Positions 61,104 to 64,000 of a stretch of DNA of 64,000 bases are shown piece after piece. The position numbers were made by a program, and so were the translations under genes. How positions within the stretch are numbered: position 1 is the stretch's first letter; every line of letters begins with the position of its first letter. This stretch comes from Planctomycetota bacterium (GTDB lineage: Bacteria > Planctomycetota > UBA8108 > SXIK01), in NCBI GenBank assembly GCA_965223265.1, contig OZ244999.1:5056001-5120000 (forward strand), written 5' to 3'. Under the pieces are notes generated by a model. That model was not told where the DNA came from, searched no databases, and was given only the letters and a program-made list of their open reading frames with translations.

Positions 61104-61512
61104 AGGAAGTTCTCCTTTCGCAGAGGGCCGGTCACTGCGCGGCTGAACCCAGCATCACGGGTAGACACGCTGTAACTGACCGACACACAGCGTCGCGTCC
61201 CGTCACTGGTCCCGCTCAGAGACCCAGGCGCCTGGCAATCCACTGCGCTTTGGGGCCGAGACGACCGGAGCCGATGCGCTCTGGTTCCTTGTTGTGATGG
61301 GGGCGAATCGCTCACCCCGCGACTCATGCACGTAGCACGCCCGGCCGCCCAGAGATTGTCCCTGTCAGGCGCGATTCCCTTTGAGCACTTTTGAGCTATG
61401 AGCAACGAAGCACCTCAGCACGCGGGGCACCGAATAGCGGTCCTGATTCACGCATGCTCAGCACGAAAACCACTCGCCCCCGACCTAACCCAGAGAGGTC
61501 TCCCCCAACCTA

Positions 61513-62469
61513 TCAGCTTTGCTCGGTTTCGCAAGCTCCTAAGCCGTTCCAGGAAGCGACGCTGTGAACGACGAAACGCTGCGCGTTCGAACGTTCAGCC
61601 AGCAAGCGAGAGCACTCCAGCGCCTCCAAACGTGACGGGCAAACACCGTAGACCGTAGAGCCAGAGCCAGAGAGTAGAACCGCGGAAAAAGGCAACTCGC
61701 GAAGCTCGGAATAGAGCGCGCTGAGGGCAGGAAGAGATGCGTAAACAACGCTCTCGAAACGATTGAAAAACAGGTCGCGGTGGATCTTAGGACCATCCGC
61801 AGCGGCGGTGATCCTATCGAGGAGGGTCGGCGGTGTCAAGGTAAAATTAGGGTGCCGAGACGCCGCAAGATCTCTGTAAGCCTCGCCTGTATTAACACTT
61901 ATGCCAGGGAAGGCGAGCACGAAGTGAAGACTGGCGCACTCCTGCGCGAAGGCCGCGGCCACCGCCTGCACGACCTCACCACGGCCACGACAACGCGCCG
62001 TCCCGCCCGAGAGAAAAAACGGCACGTCGGAGCCAAGCGCCGTCGCCAGCCGGTGCAGAAGATCGGGGGGCGGATGGAGTTGCCAGAGGCGGCAGAGCGC
62101 CAGGAGCGTCGCGGCGGCATCGCTAGAGCCGCCCCCGAGCCCGGCACCCTGGGGAATCCTCTTCGTCAGACGGATCAGCACGCGGCCACCGTTCTGGGGA
62201 GGGCAAGCAGACCGGAGGGCTTCGGCAGCGCGGAGCACCAAATTGTCTCGGCCGGCACTGATCCCAGATTCTTCGAGAGTCACCGCCGCCGCACCGGGCG
62301 CTTCGCCCTGCAGGCGAATGAACTCCAGCTCGTCATACAGACTGACGGCCTGAAAGATGCTGTCGACCTCGTGGAAGCCATCCTCGCGTCGCGCGCCGAT
62401 CTCCAGGTGAAGATTGACCTTGGCCGGCGCCAAGACACGCAGTCCTCGCGGGATCGTCTCGAATTTCAT
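61513..62469 (-). CDS. ispE: 4-diphosphocytidyl-2-C-methyl-D-erythritol kinase
   Basis: APAKVNL, KRIP.GAGLGGGSSDAA, GSDVPFF, SGSGS. Confidence 0.96.
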   Translation of the reverse strand: MKFETIPRGLRVLAPAKVNLHLEIGARREDGFHEVDSIFQAVSLYDELEFIRLQGEAPGAAAVTLEESGISAGRDNLVLRAAEALRSACPPQNGGRVLIRLTKRIPQGAGLGGGSSDAAATLLALCRLWQLHPPPDLLHRLATALGSDVPFFLSGGTARCRGRGEVVQAVAAAFAQECASLHFVLAFPGISVNTGEAYRDLAASRHPNFTLTPPTLLDRITAAADGPKIHRDLFFNRFESVVYASLPALSALYSELRELPFSAVLLSGSGSTVYGVCPSRLEALECSRLLAERSNAQRFVVHSVASWNGLGACETEQS

Positions 62470-63371
62470 CTCTTCACCGCCGCCGGGCCCGCGGCTCCTG
62501 AACCTGCCGCTTGCGGGCCCACGGCGACGACCTCATTGTCGATCAGACGCGCCGAGCCAACGGTGGCCGCGACGGCAATCACGTAGCGCCCGTCGAGAAG
62601 ATCACCGTCGTGCGGCGACTCGAGAGTCTCCGCGACGCGGACTTCGACATAGTCGACCTCCAACCCTGATCCGCTCGTGAGCACGTCGAGCACCGCGCCG
62701 CGGATGCGCTCGCGATCACGCTCACCCGCGGCAACGAGCCGCCGACCCGCAACCAGGCTGCGATGGAGGGCGAGCGCAGTCTGGCGCTGCGCAGCGTCGA
62801 GGTAACGATTCCGTGAGCTCATCGCTAGGCCGTCGGCCTCTCTCACGATCGGACAGACCTCGATCTCCGTCGACATCTTTAGGTCGCGCACCATGCGGCG
62901 AATCACATAAGCTTGCTGATAATCCTTCTGGCCGAAGAACGCCCGGTGCGGCCGGACGACCTCAAGGAGTAGGCTGACGATCGTCGTGACGCCGCGAAAA
63001 TGGTGCGGGCGCGACAGCCCACAAAGATCGGTGGTCATCTTCTCGACGTCGACCCAAGTCTCGAACTCCTTTGGATACATGGCGTCAGCCGCTGGCATGA
63101 AAAGCAGGTGCACGCCCGCATCTTCACACACTGCCTGATCTCTTTCGGGAGTTCGCGGATAAGCAGCGAGGTCCTCTTTCGGCCCAAACTGGGTCGGATT
63201 CACGAAAGCGCTCACGACGGTCCTATCGCATTCGGAGGTCGAGCGCTCGATGAGCGATTGGTGCCCGGCATGCAAATCACCGAGCGTTGGGACAAAGCCG
63301 ACAGAGAGACCAGCCGCCCGGTAGCGGTCGCACCACGCGCGTGCACCGTCGAGCGTGCGTTCGACTCTCAC
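62466..63371 (-). CDS. panC: pantoate--beta-alanine ligase
   Basis: FVPTLG.LHAGH, FVNPTQF, RP.HFRGV, FGQKDYQQ, GLAMSSRN, RLIDN; GTGA overlap with folK. Confidence 0.96.
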   Translation of the reverse strand: MRVERTLDGARAWCDRYRAAGLSVGFVPTLGDLHAGHQSLIERSTSECDRTVVSAFVNPTQFGPKEDLAAYPRTPERDQAVCEDAGVHLLFMPAADAMYPKEFETWVDVEKMTTDLCGLSRPHHFRGVTTIVSLLLEVVRPHRAFFGQKDYQQAYVIRRMVRDLKMSTEIEVCPIVREADGLAMSSRNRYLDAAQRQTALALHRSLVAGRRLVAAGERDRERIRGAVLDVLTSGSGLEVDYVEVRVAETLESPHDGDLLDGRYVIAVAATVGSARLIDNEVVAVGPQAAGSGAAGPAAVKR

Positions 63372-64000
63372 CCGTCCTCCTCCTCGGTCAGCTCCTGGAC
63401 AGCGGTGACGTCGACAGCCTCGCCCGCGCCCGAATCCGCCTGTAGCCGCAGCCAATGGTGCTGGATTGAGCGCTTGGTTTCCGGGTGGATCCAGTCAGGA
63501 GCGATCTCGGCTGCCGGCTGCAGCACGAAGGGACGCTCCAGCATCCGCGGATGCGGGACTTCCAAGCCCGGGGCTACGATCCGTTCACTCTCGTAGAAAA
63601 GGAGATCGAGGTCGATTGTGCGTGGCCCATTTCTGACGCGGCGCACTCGCCCAAGTGCGGCCTCGACCGAATGGAGAATCCCGAGAAGGTCGCTCGGCGT
63701 CAACGTCGTCGTCAACACGAGTGCGCCGTTAAGAAACGCTCCCTGCGGCGGCCCTCCCACAGGGGCCGTCTCGATCAGTGAGGAGACACGGTCAACGGTG
63801 ATTCCCGGCGTCGCCTGGAGCATCTCGATCGATGCTGCGATCGCGGCTCGCCGATCTCCGAGGTTGGCGCCCACTGCAACCAGAGCCGCTGATTCCGGTT
63901 TGGATGCTCGGTCCCGCGGCGCAGGCGCCGCCCCGTCAATTCTCTTCACGGCCACTCTCTTCGCGGGCGCTCTCTTCACGGGCGCTCTCTTCACGGGCAC
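63368..64000 (-). CDS. folK: 2-amino-4-hydroxy-6-hydroxymethyldihydropteridine diphosphokinase (start uncertain, at the window edge)
   Basis: GANLGD, SSLIET.P, FLN, GPRTIDLDLL, PHPRM..R.FVL.P. Confidence 0.95.
   Translation of the reverse strand: MPVKRAPVKRAPAKRVAVKRIDGAAPAPRDRASKPESAALVAVGANLGDRRAAIAASIEMLQATPGITVDRVSSLIETAPVGGPPQGAFLNGALVLTTTLTPSDLLGILHSVEAALGRVRRVRNGPRTIDLDLLFYESERIVAPGLEVPHPRMLERPFVLQPAAEIAPDWIHPETKRSIQHHWLRLQADSGAGEAVDVTAVQELTEEEDG
63941..64000. repeat. 15-bp tandem repeat, four copies (may continue beyond the window)
   Basis: tctcttcacggccac / tctcttcgcgggcgc / tctcttcacgggcgc / tctcttcacgggcac. Confidence 0.9.

Noticed and set aside
61299-61481. 6S RNA or tmRNA (about 183-nt hairpin starting GGGGGCGA)
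   Set aside because: The internal loop is strongly asymmetric, and there is no T-arm, CCA end or tag frame. Kept only as an unknown structured leader.
1-64000. tRNA/rRNA genes, prophage, transposases, defence islands
   Set aside because: None was recognised; the UvrD helicase, HIT and Abi/CPBP genes sit in ordinary housekeeping context.

Overview
This is a GC-rich (roughly 63% by eye) bacterial chromosomal segment of mostly housekeeping genes. It is most likely from a Planctomycetota/PVC genome, inferred from a Zn-ribbon SpoVG, a double-length UvrA and LPS genes. In order it carries: a degenerate P1B-ATPase, an aminotransferase, citrate synthase, a Rep/UvrD helicase, ilvC, a CxxC-less TlpA, a Gld-like ABC/DUF4340 operon behind rpoN, lnt, a 1252-aa aromatic-repeat exported protein, murJ, an APC-USP permease, trpEGDCF with a Trp-codon attenuator, uvrA, hinT, lysS, Fe(III) ABC components, an LPS cluster (waaF, hldE, lpxK) interrupted by two pilT genes, an ADP-ribosylglycohydrolase homologue and folK-panC-ispE-spoVG. 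I saw no tRNA, rRNA, CRISPR array, transposase or prophage. The best novelty candidates are: (1) a ~700-nt hairpin-dense region without a credible ORF at 11.15-11.86 kb, with its own near-consensus promoter and long-range 5'/3' pairing, which may be a large ncRNA; (2) the giant aromatic-repeat protein; (3) an MshEN-like PilT plus a stand-alone MshEN-like protein among LPS genes; (4) several apparent pseudo-enzymes; (5) a MITE family; (6) recurring 15-bp arrays. All assignments come from reading motifs by eye; no database search or folding computation was run.
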